NCBI GenBank assembly: GCA_043228905.1 | Contig: JBHGNT010000016.1 | Location: 5,456,001 to 5,520,000, forward strand | DNA: 64,000 nt | Source of the DNA: Azolla caroliniana | Lineage: Eukaryota > Plantae > Polypodiophyta | Direction of reading: 5' to 3' | In this document: positions 35,201 through 47,979 of the stretch, one piece after another | How the letters are laid out: each line of letters starts with the position of its first letter | How positions within the stretch are numbered: the first letter of the stretch is position 1 | Made by a program: the position numbers and the translations under genes | The notes under the pieces: model-generated | What the model was told of the DNA's origin: nothing | What the model saw: only the letters and a program-made list of their open reading frames with translations | Database searches by the model: none

Positions 35201-36339
35201 CGACCGGCTGATATCAGGTTCAGACGAGCTTCCGGAACGTGTCGGACATCCTTCAGCAGCAACTTGCATTCGGTTGGTGTTGTCAGCCACACGTCTCCTA
35301 TGCCGACAATTCGGCATGTTCCTTCATTCCTCATCCGGACACAGTCATGATCACCGGCTGAATAGGATGAGAAGCATTTCCAGTCCGATGTAAGGTGGAA
35401 CGACGCTCCGGAGTCTACCACCCAGGTCATCTCGTCGCCGGCAAGGTTTATCTCACTCTCCTCGGTGATGAGCATCAACTCCTCTTCACTTGCCGCGATT
35501 GTCATCGTTCCCTTCCGGTCCGGCCCCCTCCGGTCTTTCCCGTTCCGGTCCGGGGTCCGCTTCGAATCGGTACCGTCGGTTTCCTTGTCTTTACGGAAAT
35601 GCCGACAGTTCTTTTGGAAGTGTCTCGGCTTGCCGCAATAGAAGCAAGTAGGCCTCCCCCTTGACTTTGACCGTGTCCCCGACTTCTCCCGGTTCTAGGG
35701 ACTACGGTTTCTCTGTCCTCCGCGTTCCGATTCGGTAAGGAGTGCTTTGGAGTCGGAGCTCGTATCCTTATCTTTCCGACGCGCCTCCTCATCTAGCAGG
35801 CTCGACTTCACTCTTGCTAGGGATAACCATTTTCCTTCCGGCCCGGCGTTGCCCAAAGTGACAACCTACGTCTCCCAGCTATCCGGGAGGGAACCGAGCA
35901 GGAGTAGCACAAGTACCTCATCGGCGAGAGGTACTTCTAATGAAGTTGCCTGGTGGATCAGCCCCTAGAAGGCATTCATGTGCTCCGCCATGCTGGAGCC
36001 ATCTTGGTACCAGAGTCTTACTAGCTTCCGGAATACCGAAACCTGGTTAACAGCATTTTTGTTTTGAAACATTATGTCGATCTTCTCCCAGAACTCATGA
36101 GCCTTGCTCTCTTCATTGAAGTTGTTGTATAGGCTCATGTCGATGAAGCACCGTATGTACGCCGTTGTCTTCATGTGCATCACCTCCCATATTGCGGCGT
36201 CAATTTTGTCCAGTCTCTTGTCCCCGAACTGAACCGGCAGCCAGAGGTCTTTAACCACGAGCATGTCCCTCATCTTCGACTTCCACCTTGAATAGTTGGA
36301 GCCGGTGAGCTTGAACATGCCGCCAAACGATTCGTCCAT
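32293..36339 (-). pseudogene. Copia C full-length gag-pol pseudogene (PR-IN-RT-RH)
   Basis: ORF pieces 35965-36546, 33724-35505, 33106-33714, 32848-33096 and 32293-32820 contain DSGAS, ADNGGEY, LYGLKQAPRQW, YVDD and TEAEY. Several stops and frameshifts. Confidence 0.95.
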
Positions 36340-36816
36340 TTTCTGTGTCGTTTTGCTCTGATACCAAATTGACGGGAACTGGTCGTTCCTTATGCACAAT
36401 GCTCGGCCATAACCGAGCTTAGAATGGTACACAGAAAACGGGAAATAAAACACGACAAGAAGAAGAGGAAGATATACAGGAGGTTTATGTGGAAAACCCC
36501 AAGCTAGGGGAAAAACCACGGCAGCCCACAGGCTGCAAACTATCACTATGTAGGAATATACAACAGTGAGTTCACTGAGGCACCGACCTCGTGCTCACAA
36601 ATCTTCGCCACATGCGGCAGTTACAACAGAGGCAACGACCTCTTTCTCTCTCTCTCTCTCTCTCTGTACAGTTACGCACACTGGTCTCGTGCAAAACAGA
36701 AAATGACAACAACTACTAAAAGTTTGCCCTAAGTCATATTTATACTAATATGACTTTTCGGCTATTTACAAATATAGCCTCGATGGACTCTCAGAAACAT
36801 ATTTACGAATATGTCT

Positions 36817-37070
36817 CTTTATCTGGTTCATACCGGGTCTGCACCATCCGGCTCTCCGAAGCCGGGTACTCCTCATCCGGTTCATACCGGGTCTGCACCA
36901 TCCGGCTCTCCGTAACCGGGTACTCCTCATCCGGTTCATACCGGGTCTGCACCATCCGGCTCTCCGTAGCCGGGTACTCCTCATCCGGTTCTCACCGGGC
37001 CTGCACCATCCGACTCTCCGTAGCCAGGTACTCCTCATCAGGTTCATATCGGGTCTGCACCATCTGGCTG
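36817..37070. repeat. 54-bp tandem repeat in the copia C LTR (U3)
   Basis: Unit TCATCCGGTTCATACCGGGTCTGCACCATCCGGCTCTCCGTAGCCGGGTACTCC; ~4.7 copies here versus ~1.7 at 27397-27485. Confidence 0.9.
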
Positions 37071-37224
37071 TTCTTCTCCCTTCCCATCTGGAAGGACTTG
37101 TCTCCCAACAATTCATTATCCGTTTTTTTCTGTGTTTCGATTTTAGACTCGGTTGTGGCCGAGTGTGGCGGAAGGGAGCGTGCATTCCTATCAAAGTGGT
37201 ATCAGAGCGAGGCAACACAAAAAA

Positions 37225-39994
37225 ATGGACGATTCGTTGGGAGGCATGTTCAAGCTCACCGGCTCCAACTATTCGGTGTGGAAGTCGAAGATGAGGGACA
37301 TGCTCGTGGTTAAAGACCTTTGGCTGCTGGTTCAGTTCGAGGACAAGAGACCGGACAAAATCGACACCGCGATATGGGAGGTGATGCACATGAAGACAAC
37401 GGCTTACATACGGTGCTTCATCGACATGAGCTTATACAACAACTTCAATGAAGAGAGCAAGGCTCATGAGCTCTGGGAGAAGATCGACATTATTTTTCAA
37501 AACAAAAATGTTGTCAATTTGGTTTCGGTATTTCGGAAGCTAGTAAGACTCCGATACCAAGATGGCTCTAGCATGGCGGAGCACATGAATGCCATCTAGG
37601 GGCTGATTCACCAGGCAACATCATTGGAAGTACCTCTTGCTGATGAGGTACTAGCACTACTCCTACTCGGTTCCCTCCCAGATAGCTGGGAGACGTTGGT
37701 TGTCACCTTGGGCAACGTCGGGCCGGAAGGGAAACGGTTATCCCTAGCAAGAGTGAAGTCGAGCTTGCTAGATGAGGAGGCGCGTCGCAAAGATAAGGAT
37801 ACGAGCTCTGACTCCAAAGCGCTCCTTACCGAATCGGAACATGGAAGACAAAGGAACCGTAGCCCCCAGAACCGGGAAAAGTCGGGGACATGGTCAAAGT
37901 CAAGGGGGAGGCCTACTCGCTTCTATTGCGGCAAGCCGGGACACTTCCAGAAGAACTGTCGGCATTTCTGAAAAGACAAGGAAACCGACAGTACCAATCC
38001 GAAGCGGACACCGAACCGGAACGGTAAAGACTAGAGAGCGGTGGACCGGAAGGGAACGACGGCAATCGCGGCAAGTGTAGAAGAGTTGATGCTCATCACC
38101 GAGGAGAGTGAGATAAACCTTGCCGGCGACGCGATGACATGGGTGGTCGACTCCGGAGCGTCGTTCCACCTTACCTCGGACTGGAAATGCTTCTCATCCT
38201 ACTCAGCCGATGATCACGGTTGTGTCTGGATGGGGAATGAAGGTACATGCCGGATTGTCGGCATAGGAGACGTGTGGTTGACAACACCAACCGGATGCAA
38301 GTTGCTGCTGAAGGATGTCCGACACGTTCCGGAGGTTCGTCTGAACCTGATATCAGTCGGTTGGCTAGATGATGAAGGCTACACGGGTAGCATCCGGAAC
38401 GGTGTTATGAAGTTCAGCAAAGGGAGCCTGATTGTGGCTCGGGCTCGAAAGGTAAACACATTGTACCTTATGAATGCCCGGTTATGTCCGGAGGAAGTGA
38501 ACGTGGCATCCGACACTGCCGGTGAGTTGTGGCACAAGAGGTTGTGTCACATGAGCGAGAAGGGGATGAAGAGCCTTGAAGACGACAACCTCATTCCAGT
38601 GAAGAACGTGCACTTGGAGAAGTGCACTGATTATCTGGCTGAAAAGCAAAACCGGACCTCCTTCCGATCGAGGCCACCGATGAGACGTAATGCACCACTG
38701 GAGTTGGTGCATACTGATGTGTGTCAAGTGGACACCAAGTCACATGCATGATCGTAGTACTTCGTGACGTTCATAGATGACCACAGCCGAAAGTTGTGGG
38801 CCACACCGTTGAAGACGAAGGATCAGGTGCTATCCGTCTTCAAAGAGCTCCACGCGAGAGTGGAAAGAGAAACCGGCCAGAAGATGAAGGCGGTTCGAGC
38901 AAATAACGGAGGTGAATACCGGGGGTAGTTCGAGGAGTACTGTCGCTCGAAGGGAATCCGGCTCAAATTTACCGTGCCGAAGACGCTGGAACTAAACGGG
39001 CTGGCCGAGAGGATGAACCGGACCATAATGGAGAGGGTCTGGAGTATGCTGGCGCATGCAAAACTACCCAAGAAGTTTTGGGCTGAGGCACTGTCGACGG
39101 CGACATATGTGATAAATAGATCACCCTCAGTACCCTTGGACGAAGACACACCGCAGAGAGTCTGGACCGGTAAGGAAGTGTCCTACCGGCATCTTAAGGT
39201 ATTTGGGTGTCTTGTGTACGTGCATCTAGCTAAGGACCGGATCGACACTCCCGGCAAACTACATATTATCCGGTAAACAAAGCCCGAAGACGAAAGCAGA
39301 GAAGGCTGATATGATGAAAGTTCCATATGCGTGTGCCGTCGGGAGCTTAATGTACGCAATGGTGTGTACCCGACCGGATATAGGATACGCAGTCGGAGTG
39401 GTGAGCCGGTTTATGAGCAATCCCGGCAAGGAGCACTGGAACGCGGTCAAATGGATACTCCGGTACCTGAAGGGCACTCCAAATATGTGTCTCCGATTCG
39501 GCTCCGGTAAACCTCAACTTGACGGTTTTACCGATTCAGACATGTCGGCTGATGTGGATACCAGCCGATCTACATCCGGGTATGTAATGACATATGCAGG
39601 GGGAGCTGTTTCGTAGCAGTCAAGGCTGCAGAAGACGGTTGCATTGTCAACCACGGAGGCGGAGTACATGGCGGTTGTGGAAGCCGACAAGGAAATATTA
39701 TGGATGAAGGACTTCATCGGAGAGCTCGGTATCCGGCAAGATGAATACCAGATCTATTGTGACAGTCAAAGTGCCATCCACCTTGCTAAGAATGCGGCCT
39801 ACCATTCCCGGACGAAGCATATCGAGCGTAGGTATCACTGGATCCGGGAAAGAGTAGGTGACCAGGAGTTCGCGCTGACGAAGATCTATACGGCCGAGAA
39901 CGGGTCAGATATGCTGACCAAAGTACTGACACCTGACAAGCTGGATGCATGTCGGAAGCGGGTCGGACTAGTAAGACACCCCATGCTGGAGTGA
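37225..39994 (+). pseudogene. Copia B gag-pol pseudogene with ~1.3-kb IN/RT deletion
   Basis: gag, WVVDSGASFH, LWHKRLCHMS and RNase H FTDSD..STTEAEY..SRTKHI, with stops. The junction at ~39240 joins the IN C-terminus to late RT relative to copia C. Confidence 0.9.
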
Positions 39995-42900
39995 AGGGGG
40001 AGTTTGTTAGGAAACAGGTCCCTCCGGATGAGGAGTACCCGGCTACGGATGACCCGGTGAGAACCGGATGATGAAGACCCGGTGAGAACCGGATGAGGAG
40101 TACCCGGCTACGGATGACCCGGTGAGAACTGGATAATGAAGACCCGGTGAGAACCGGATGAGGAGTACCCGTCTACGGATGACCCGATGAGAACCGGATG
40201 ATGAGTGCCCGACAAGCGCTGGATGATGCAGGCCCGGTGAAGAGTGATCATCGGATGAAGGGACATATTCGTAAATATGTTTCTGAGAGTCCATCGGGGC
40301 TATATTTGTAAATAGCTGAAAAGTCATTTTAGTATAAATATGACTTAGGGCAAACTGTTGCATGTGTGTGGGTGTTGTCATTCTTGTTGGCGCAAGATTA
40401 GAGCGCAACAGTGTACAGAGAGAGAGAGAGAGAGAAAGAAACGAAGAGGTTGTTGCCTCTGTTGTAACCACCGCCTGTGGCGAAGATCATGAGCACGAGG
40501 TCGTTGCCTCCGTGAGCTCACTGTTGTAATCTTTGTGATATAGTGATAGTTCGTAGTCTGTGGGTTGTCGTGGTTTTTCCCTAGTTTGGGTTTTCCACGT
40601 AAACATCCTATGTACTCTTTTCTCTCCTCTGTGTCATGCATTCATTATCCGTTTTTTTCTGTGTTTCGATTTTAGACTCGGTTGTGGCCGAATGTGGCGG
40701 AAGGGAGCGTGCATTCCTGTCAGATGCTTCATCGAGAAAGATGGCCGACTCATAGCTAAGGGGCGGAGAGATGGTCAAATTTTCATCCTTGATTCGAACA
40801 AGGTGAAATCGGCAATGTACGACAAAGCTCTCAAAACCGAGATAAGCATCGAGTTGTGGCACAAGAGAATCAGCCACATAAACCGCCAACGGCTCCGAGC
40901 TATGCAATCAAAGGGATTCGTCGTCGGACTTCCGACATTCGAGTCGACCGAGTATGTGAAGCGTGTCAACTCGGCAAACAACATCGACTCCCATTCCAGA
41001 AGGAGAGCCACACAAGCAAAGGCCTCCTCGACATCATACACTCGGATGTATGGGGACCGGCCCAAACGCCGACGATCGGCGGATGCCAATTCTATGTCAC
41101 TGTCATTGACCACTACTCGCGCTACACGTGGATCTTCTCGATGAAGAAGAAGAGCAAAGTGTTCTCCCACTTGCAAAAGCTCAAGGGCCAAGTCGAAAAA
41201 GAAACCGGTCGGCACATTCTATGCCTACGATCGGATGGAGGCAAGGAGTACTTCTCCGATAAATTCACCTCCTACCTCCAAACTGAAGGCATTCAAAGAG
41301 AATTCTCGTGCCAACACACATCCCAACAAAATGGAGTAGCCGAAAGGAAGAATCGGCAAATACTCGAGGTAGCACGCACCATGATGCATGAGAAGCACAT
41401 GCCGAATTTCTGTTGGGCCGACACGGCATCCACGGCCGTCTATCTCATGAACCGGTGAACCACCAATGGAGTCCATGAGCTAACTCCCCACGAGCTCCTC
41501 GTTGGAAGGAAGCCGATCCTGTCGCACCTCAAGGTGTTCGGAAGCATTGCGAATGTACGCATCCCGAACGAACAACGATAGAAGCCCGACGCGAAGTCGG
41601 AGGAATGTATCCTCATAGGATACTCGTCCGAGAAGAAGGCATACATGTGCTACAACCCTTCTACCCGAGTGGTTCGGGTAAGTCGAGTCGTAGTCTTCAA
41701 CGAGTTTGCATCCTGGTACGCACCAGAGACAACTTCGACTCCAACTCCACTCAACCCGAATCCGTCGAACAAGAGGTAGAAGATGGAAATCGCTTCAAAC
41801 ACATGTTCGAAGAAAGTCCAATTATGGCAAAGCCTAGTGAGCCACAAGAGCCCCCACGCGACCCAAGCACGTCGCGGCCAAGTACGAACTTTGACAAAGG
41901 TAAAGGTAAGATGCCTGAATACGAAGTCGATCACCCCGACGACAGTGATTCGGATGTGTCGGCTCCCTCACTAGACAGCAAGTTCGGTGTACCCCTCATG
42001 CGGACACCCGGAGTAAAGAAGGCGCTCACATCGGCGAGCGAAAAACTTCAACGCTCAACAAGAGCTAAGAACCCCGTGACTCGGCACAACTACAATGAGT
42101 ACATGGCCCATCACTATGCCTTCGCGATGAAGGTAGCAACCGAACAAGAGCCCAAGAACTCCACCAAAGTGGCTCATAACCCACAATGGGTGGAAGGAGT
42201 CGGCCTTCGCCCACACACTACAAGCCTTCGTCATCGGCTTGAGGGGGAGGACGCAAGATTGCCACGGGAAAGAAAGTTGAAGGCCGGACGGAAGCCGCAC
42301 AGAAGCGGACATCGAAAGCCGGACAACGCCGAAAGCCAAAGTGGATATCAGACGCCTCACACTTGAGCTTGAGGGGGCGTGTTGAGAGATCAAGCTCAAC
42401 TTAGTTTAGTTAGTTTGTCAACCATGTAACTTCGTAGTTACCTAGATAGAATCTAGTTAGAAGTGTTGACTATAACGCCTTAAATAGGACCTTGTACTTA
42501 AGTGGGATATTCTAGATCCTCCACTCCCAAGTACATTTAATATAGGACTTACACTTTTGTACCTATATTATCCTCACACATGTGCACCCTTGCACATGAG
42601 ATCTATATATACCTCATTTTAGGTATTTTTGTATTTGATGATGATGTTGCTAATTTAATATAGAGTTAATCATCCCCCATCTTGTGTTGTTCATAAGTGT
42701 AACTTCCTCTCTCTCTCTCTTCCTCTCACACACATACACACATATATCACTTAATCTTCCGCTTATCAACTAATCACATAATTAGGTACTAATTAATCCT
42801 TGCTTAATTACTTACCTAATTATTAACATTAACATAAAGTTTTTTTATTCTATTGAAACAGTTCATCATTAAATTATTCTTATGATTGTGCTATGTTTTT

Positions 42901-43090
42901 AGATAGGTTCCAAATAGTTGTGGAGATTTTCTTACACACACATACATGCAAAAACATCTTACTTAAAGATAATTTGTCTTTTTCTTGGTAAATGCTGAAA
43001 TTTGATCATGCACATGCAAGCTAAAGATGAATGGTTAATGCATCACTTTGTGCATAAAAGCTTTAATTTTGAAGATCATAGAAATAAGAG

Positions 43091-44442
43091 TGTGAAATGC
43101 ACATAAGAGGTCAAAACCAGCCCACGTAGCCCGTTACTTCTTACTCAATTTATAGTTGATACAAAGGTACCCCCTTGGGTTGGCTTAGCTAAAAAGGGTG
43201 TGCTAAAAGGGTGGGTCGGCTTAGGTACATGCATCCTAAAAAGGGTGTGCTAAAAGGGTGGGTTGGCTTAGGTATATGCATCCTAAAAAGGGCGACATGC
43301 TAAAAGGGTGGCACAAAGGAACACATGCACACCACATTTCTTCCCTAGGAAAAACAAGAGACTGAGGAGCAAGAACATGAACAGGAACATACGCAGTGGC
43401 TTGTCGAATGAGGGGGAGCATATGTTGGAGATAGAGCCCCCCAAGTGGCACTATCCATGTTGGCAGGTTTCGAATGGACATTAATGGACGATTCTGGTGG
43501 GAGGCGAGGGTTACGCCCATAGAGTGCTCGAAAAGAGTTTATTTGTGTTGACGCCTGTACGGATGTATTGTAGGCATGGGTGACGAAAGGCAAGATTTAA
43601 TCCCAGGTTTTGTTGCATGGCTCTATGTAAGCGGCAATCTCCTTCTTGAGGTTCTTTGTTGAGGCGTCCGGTGAGGCCATTTGTCTAAGGATGGTATGGG
43701 ACTTAAGCACCTGTTGGACACCTAGTTGAGCTGCAACGACTTTGAGGACATCCCCATGGAATTGGCGGCCTTGATTAGATAATAGTTGGACGGGGCTAGT
43801 GACGGAAAACGAGCTAACAATTGGCGGATAGAGATCAATTGCTCCTGTGGACTAAGAGCCACCTGAACTTGGCTAAGGTGTGGGACAGGAGGGCTATAGG
43901 CGGATAGAGATCAATCGCTCTTGTGGACTGAGGGCCACCTAGACTAGGCTGAGGTGGGGGACAAGAGGGCTATAGGCGGATAGAGATCAATCGCTCCTGT
44001 GGACTGAGGGCCACCTGGACTTGGCTGAGGTAGGGGACATGAGGGTTATAAGCAGATAGAGATCAATCACTCATGTGGATTGAGGACCACCTGGACTTGG
44101 CTGAGGTGGAGGACAGGGGGGCTATCATGTAAGAGGGGGGTCAGAGAAACTTGCAGGACAAGAAGTTAGTGAGCAACCTAAGCTGAGGGGGAAGAGGTGG
44201 ATGCTTGGACATGGGGGATTGGTACCCCGCATCTCCACCAATATGTGAAATGCACATAAGAGATCAAAACCAGCCTACTTAGCTCCTTACTTCTTACTCA
44301 ATTTATAGTTGATACAAAGGTGCTCATTTGGGTTGGCTTAGCTAAAAGGGGTGTGCTAAAAGGGTGGGTTGGCTTAGGTACATGCATCCTAAAAAGGGTG
44401 ACATGCTAAAAGGGTGGCACAAAGGAACACATGCACACCACA
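43091..44442 (-). mobile_element. Small (1.35 kb) non-autonomous or internally deleted gypsy-type LTR element
   Basis: LTRs 43091-43336 and 44244-44442 (TGTG...CACA); 4-bp TSD AGAG. tRNA-Ala PBS TGGTGGAGATGCGGGGTA (44223-44240, -); PPT ~43337-43347. Integrase remnant PFVTHAYNTSVQAST..LYGRNPRLP. Confidence 0.88.
43824..44126. repeat. 76-bp tandem repeat x4
   Basis: (C/G)GATAGAGATCAAT..GTGGA..CCACCT..GGCTGAGGT recurs at 43825, 43901, 43977 and 44053. Confidence 0.9.
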
Positions 44443-46878
44443 AGAGAAATGAGTAAATGAATATTGTTAGGAAATTCTCATTTTTACTTTATTGATATGT
44501 ATCAAAGGATCTTGTCTCCATCTATGTTAGAGTGCAAACATACTACATGTGAAACCCGGTTTGGAGGAAATTTTGTTCTTTTCATTTTAGTAGGCATAAA
44601 AGTTTTCATCTTATACATTGCAATTGGTTCCCACGGGGACCATGATAGGCCTGCATCTCTCTCCTTCTATCCCTGATAGTTTGGGTTGATGATTTAAATT
44701 TTAAACCATAACATCGAAGGTCATAAAATAATTCAAACACAAGTTCGATCCTTTTTGTCTATTACCTTTGGAAAGGAAACTATGTTCTCCAAATGGCCAT
44801 TGTTTTAAACTCCCTAAATCTTTTCAGTGTCTTCATCGAACACATTTAGAAATCCAATGTTGTTCCCAAGACGGTTTTGGGTAGTTTGAGAAATAGTTTT
44901 TGTCAAAAATTCAAGTCAGCAAAATAAAATATTGTACTCCAATTCATAGGAAAACTATATCCGGTTTTGACTATTATCTAAATCGTTAACTGTTGCGATT
45001 GGATCCTATGGCCTCGAAACTATTCTTAAGAAAGTTATATCCAAGTTCAAGTACAACGTAAATCGGGTCAGATGGCTTGGAAATTGGTGATGCTTTTAAA
45101 GTTCCACATGTAAAACCAAATACAAGTTGTGCAAGGAAAGTGGTAACCACTGGAGTTGGATCATATTGCTTGGTAATTGGTGATGCATCTCAATGTCAAA
45201 CTTGTTTTCCAGTATGCAAAAGAAAAACAAAGTAGACGATGATCTCTTGTATGGTAACAGATGACACATTTAAGTTCAATTTGATTTTGAAATGGTAAAT
45301 TAAAACTTACATCAAAAAATACCTCAAACAGCATGTTAAATCTATTTCGAAGCAGATGTGTGTACGTGTATTGTTACACATGTGTGTGCGCACTCATGCA
45401 TGTGTGTCTATTTTAGATGGAAAAACAACATTGAAGATTTTGTATCAATGCTATTATCAGAAAGGTATGTTGGATTTTGCATTGAAGATTTTGTTTGAAG
45501 GTTGTGCAGCCATTTGTACATGGAACAACTATTCCTATATTATTTATTGGTCAATAATTCTTCCAAGATTATCTAGGTTTGATTAATTATACAGTTATTA
45601 CAACTTAATATTAGTCATGAAGATTATCAAAAGATAGTGTAAACTGAGTGGATAAATGTTCTCGATTTCAAAGATCGCATTCATTTCAATCTACTTTGAG
45701 TTGGTTTTGATCAAAGAAAAGGATATGGCAGAAAGACTACACGGTACGAGGAGATATGACCATACATACAAGAATATAAATTCTATTTATAGTATCACAA
45801 ACATACTTCAACGACAACATGATCTATGACTACAGTATGATGTATATTATTAATGGGATAGGCTAAATTTTAGGGCCTCTCTGTTGACCTAAAAAACATG
45901 AAAGAGAACTGCATTACTCCAATGTGAAGGTAGTACTGCAACCCTTTAATACATCAAAGCTATTGATTTTCTTTTCCAGAGTTGCATAATCAAACAGGAC
46001 ACAACTTACACAGTGAAAACAAAACACAAGACCGTGTTTCATGCATTGGTGGAGAAGTATATAGAGGCTACATAAAAACTTTCGTTCATAATTTATACAT
46101 TTTTCCCATATTGACCAATCATGTGTACGCAAACACAAAACAATGTGTCAATCGAAATGAATCTCCTGCCCAAACATTTCATTGCTCGCTAATGCTGTCA
46201 TTATTCGATGGTGTTTCCATTACTTAGCACAACTGCCTCCTAGTTTTCATTATTTCCTCATGGCTCACTAAATATGTGCTGTCATTATTCGATAGTGTTT
46301 TCATTACTTAACATCAATAGTGTTTTCATTACTTAACACAACTGCCTCAGAAAAGCTTTCATTATTTCCTCAAATAGCACCATTAGTCAACCCCCCCAAA
46401 GAGAGTAGAAAGACCATGATTTATACTTTCTCATGCGTTTGTTCAGGAAGTAGCTGACCGACCAATGGCAGTTGCAGCAATCACAGATGTTCAACCATTT
46501 GGGGGAAGGGCATACTAAAAGATTAAGAAGAACACGGTCCATTTTATACACAACCCTCAACAATTAACTTGGTCCCTTTGTACAGGCACATACAGGAGGA
46601 CTCAAGTTGAGAAATTAACAAGAAAAATAATCTGACTTTGTATTTCCCTGCACCCGCCGGTATATCTGTTTGTAAATTGTACAATTTCAATATAAAATTA
46701 ATGAAATACCACATATTTGACCCCTTTAACAAAAGATGGGGAAAACATGCTCTACTACTTAACTAACTGCAGGGGGCTCTTCTTCTTTGTCTTCTTCTAC
46801 CGAGAAGTTATTCTCACATGATACCATTGCATTCCGGAAAAAATTGACACCCTTGTTATCTTGTAATAATATATGATC

Positions 46879-46942
46879 TCACAAACTCACCCATTCATAC
46901 CGCCCCCGCAAGGGTCTTTCATTGACAGGGTCAAAATTATAC
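46879..46942 (-). CDS. KRP: KRP coding exon 4 (CDK-inhibitory domain); spliced protein ~388 aa
   Basis: Acceptor TTTACAG|G. Encodes (R)YNFDPVNERPLRGRYEWVSL-stop, the canonical Kip/KRP C-terminal motif. Total CDS 669+203+231+64=1167 nt, divisible by 3. Confidence 0.95.
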
Positions 46943-47607
46943 CTGTAAACCAAACAATCATTCAAAATACAATTCATAAGTGACCTAATCCATAACAGTG
47001 CAAAAACAATCTTCTAAGAATATCGCAATGCAAAACAAAGGTAAAAAACAAGGCTCAAAGAAATGGGTGTCTACAAGTAAACTTTTACAGTGCATAGATA
47101 AAATGATCAAAAGCAATGAGCTCATCAAAAGTGGAATTAATATGGAAACTATTAATGATAGTGGAAAGAAAACTTGGTCAAAAGCAATGCCCTCATCAGG
47201 AGTCAAAACTAATTCTTATTTGTGCAAAAAAAATCTTTGAAGAAGATAGCATTCGTTGCAAAACAAATATTAAAAACAATGTTGAAGATAACTGACTACA
47301 GGCGAACTCAAAAGACCAGGAAAATGGTCAAAACAACAGTCAAGGCTAGCATTCATTTCAAAAAAAATATCAAAAACAATGCTGAAATAAGATGAGTGAC
47401 TACAGGCAAACTCGAAAGACTGGGAAAAATGGTAAAAAACAATACTTAAGGAAGATAACTGACGAATAAACTCAATGAGTACAAAACAAAAATGTAAACT
47501 CTATGTACCCAGAAAACAAAATAGTAAAAACTAATTTTCGAATAAATCAAATAAGATGAATGCAACTCTTCATAGGCATATATACACATACACACAGATG
47601 TGCACAC

Positions 47608-47838
47608 CTTTTAATAAATTTCCTTCTCTCGTGTTGTTCTGCCCCTTGGAAGAAGGCTTCGATTTCACTCGATGATGGAGCTTCATGTGCTCTGTCAAAG
47701 GGAGGAGCACTGAGAGACCTACTCTGTCCTCCTCCTACTCCTCGATGAGGATGCCGCGACCTTGATGTTGATCCTGGAGCTTCCATACTCCGAATATAGC
47801 TATCAGGAGTACTCTCTCTGGTTCCCCCTCTCCTTTGT
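47608..47838 (-). CDS. KRP: KRP coding exon 3
   Basis: Acceptor TACAG|A, donor AAG|GTGTGC. Encodes RESTPDSYIR, PGST and PSSSEIEAFFQGAEQHERRKFIK (cyclin-binding motif). Confidence 0.92.
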
Positions 47839-47979
47839 CTGTACATATATTTTTTTCAATATTATACATTCATTTCATTGCATACAATATTGATGAAAAA
47901 AGTAGGCATATGCTTCAAACCCATCAAGTACACTACAACAATAGGCCAATTATTGTTTGAGTTTCTCAGCAGTCATTAC

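Larger units (their letters stand above)
26947..37110 (-). mobile_element. Ty1/copia element C, close relative of B, inserted antisense into B's 5' LTR
   Basis: TSD ATTCA at 26942-26946 and 37111-37115. 5' LTR 36370-37110; PBS 36355-36366; 3' LTR 26947-27516 plus 32274-32282; PPT ~32283-32294. Confidence 0.95.
26360..40722 (+). mobile_element. Ty1/copia element B nested in A
   Basis: 5' LTR 26360-26946 plus 37116-37193 (split by C); PBS TGGTATCAGAGC 37197-37208; 3' LTR 40005-40722; PPT GAAGGGGGAG. Copia A coding sequence resumes right after 40722. Confidence 0.93.
24529..42828 (+). mobile_element. Ty1/copia element A, outer host of the nest; decayed, RT/RNase H deleted
   Basis: 449-bp LTRs at 24529-24977 and 42380-42828; TSD TTAAC; PBS TGGTATCAAAGC (tRNA-iMet-like). 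gag 25149-25964 (CNYCGKIGHREEEC); PR WFVDSGASHHM (~26121); integrase 40723-41700 (LWHKR, LRSDGGKEY, NGVAERKNR); PPT GAGGGGGCG. Confidence 0.95.

Noticed and set aside
36817-44126. Tandem arrays (54 bp, 76 bp) as CRISPR-like loci
   Set aside because: The units are contiguous without unique spacers, lie inside retroelements, and the context is eukaryotic with no cas genes.
44210-44240. tRNA-Ala 3'-end sequence as a tRNA gene
   Set aside because: Only the 3' ~18-20 nt including CCA match, adjacent to an LTR, so it is a PBS. The same applies to the Trp match at 17141-17158.
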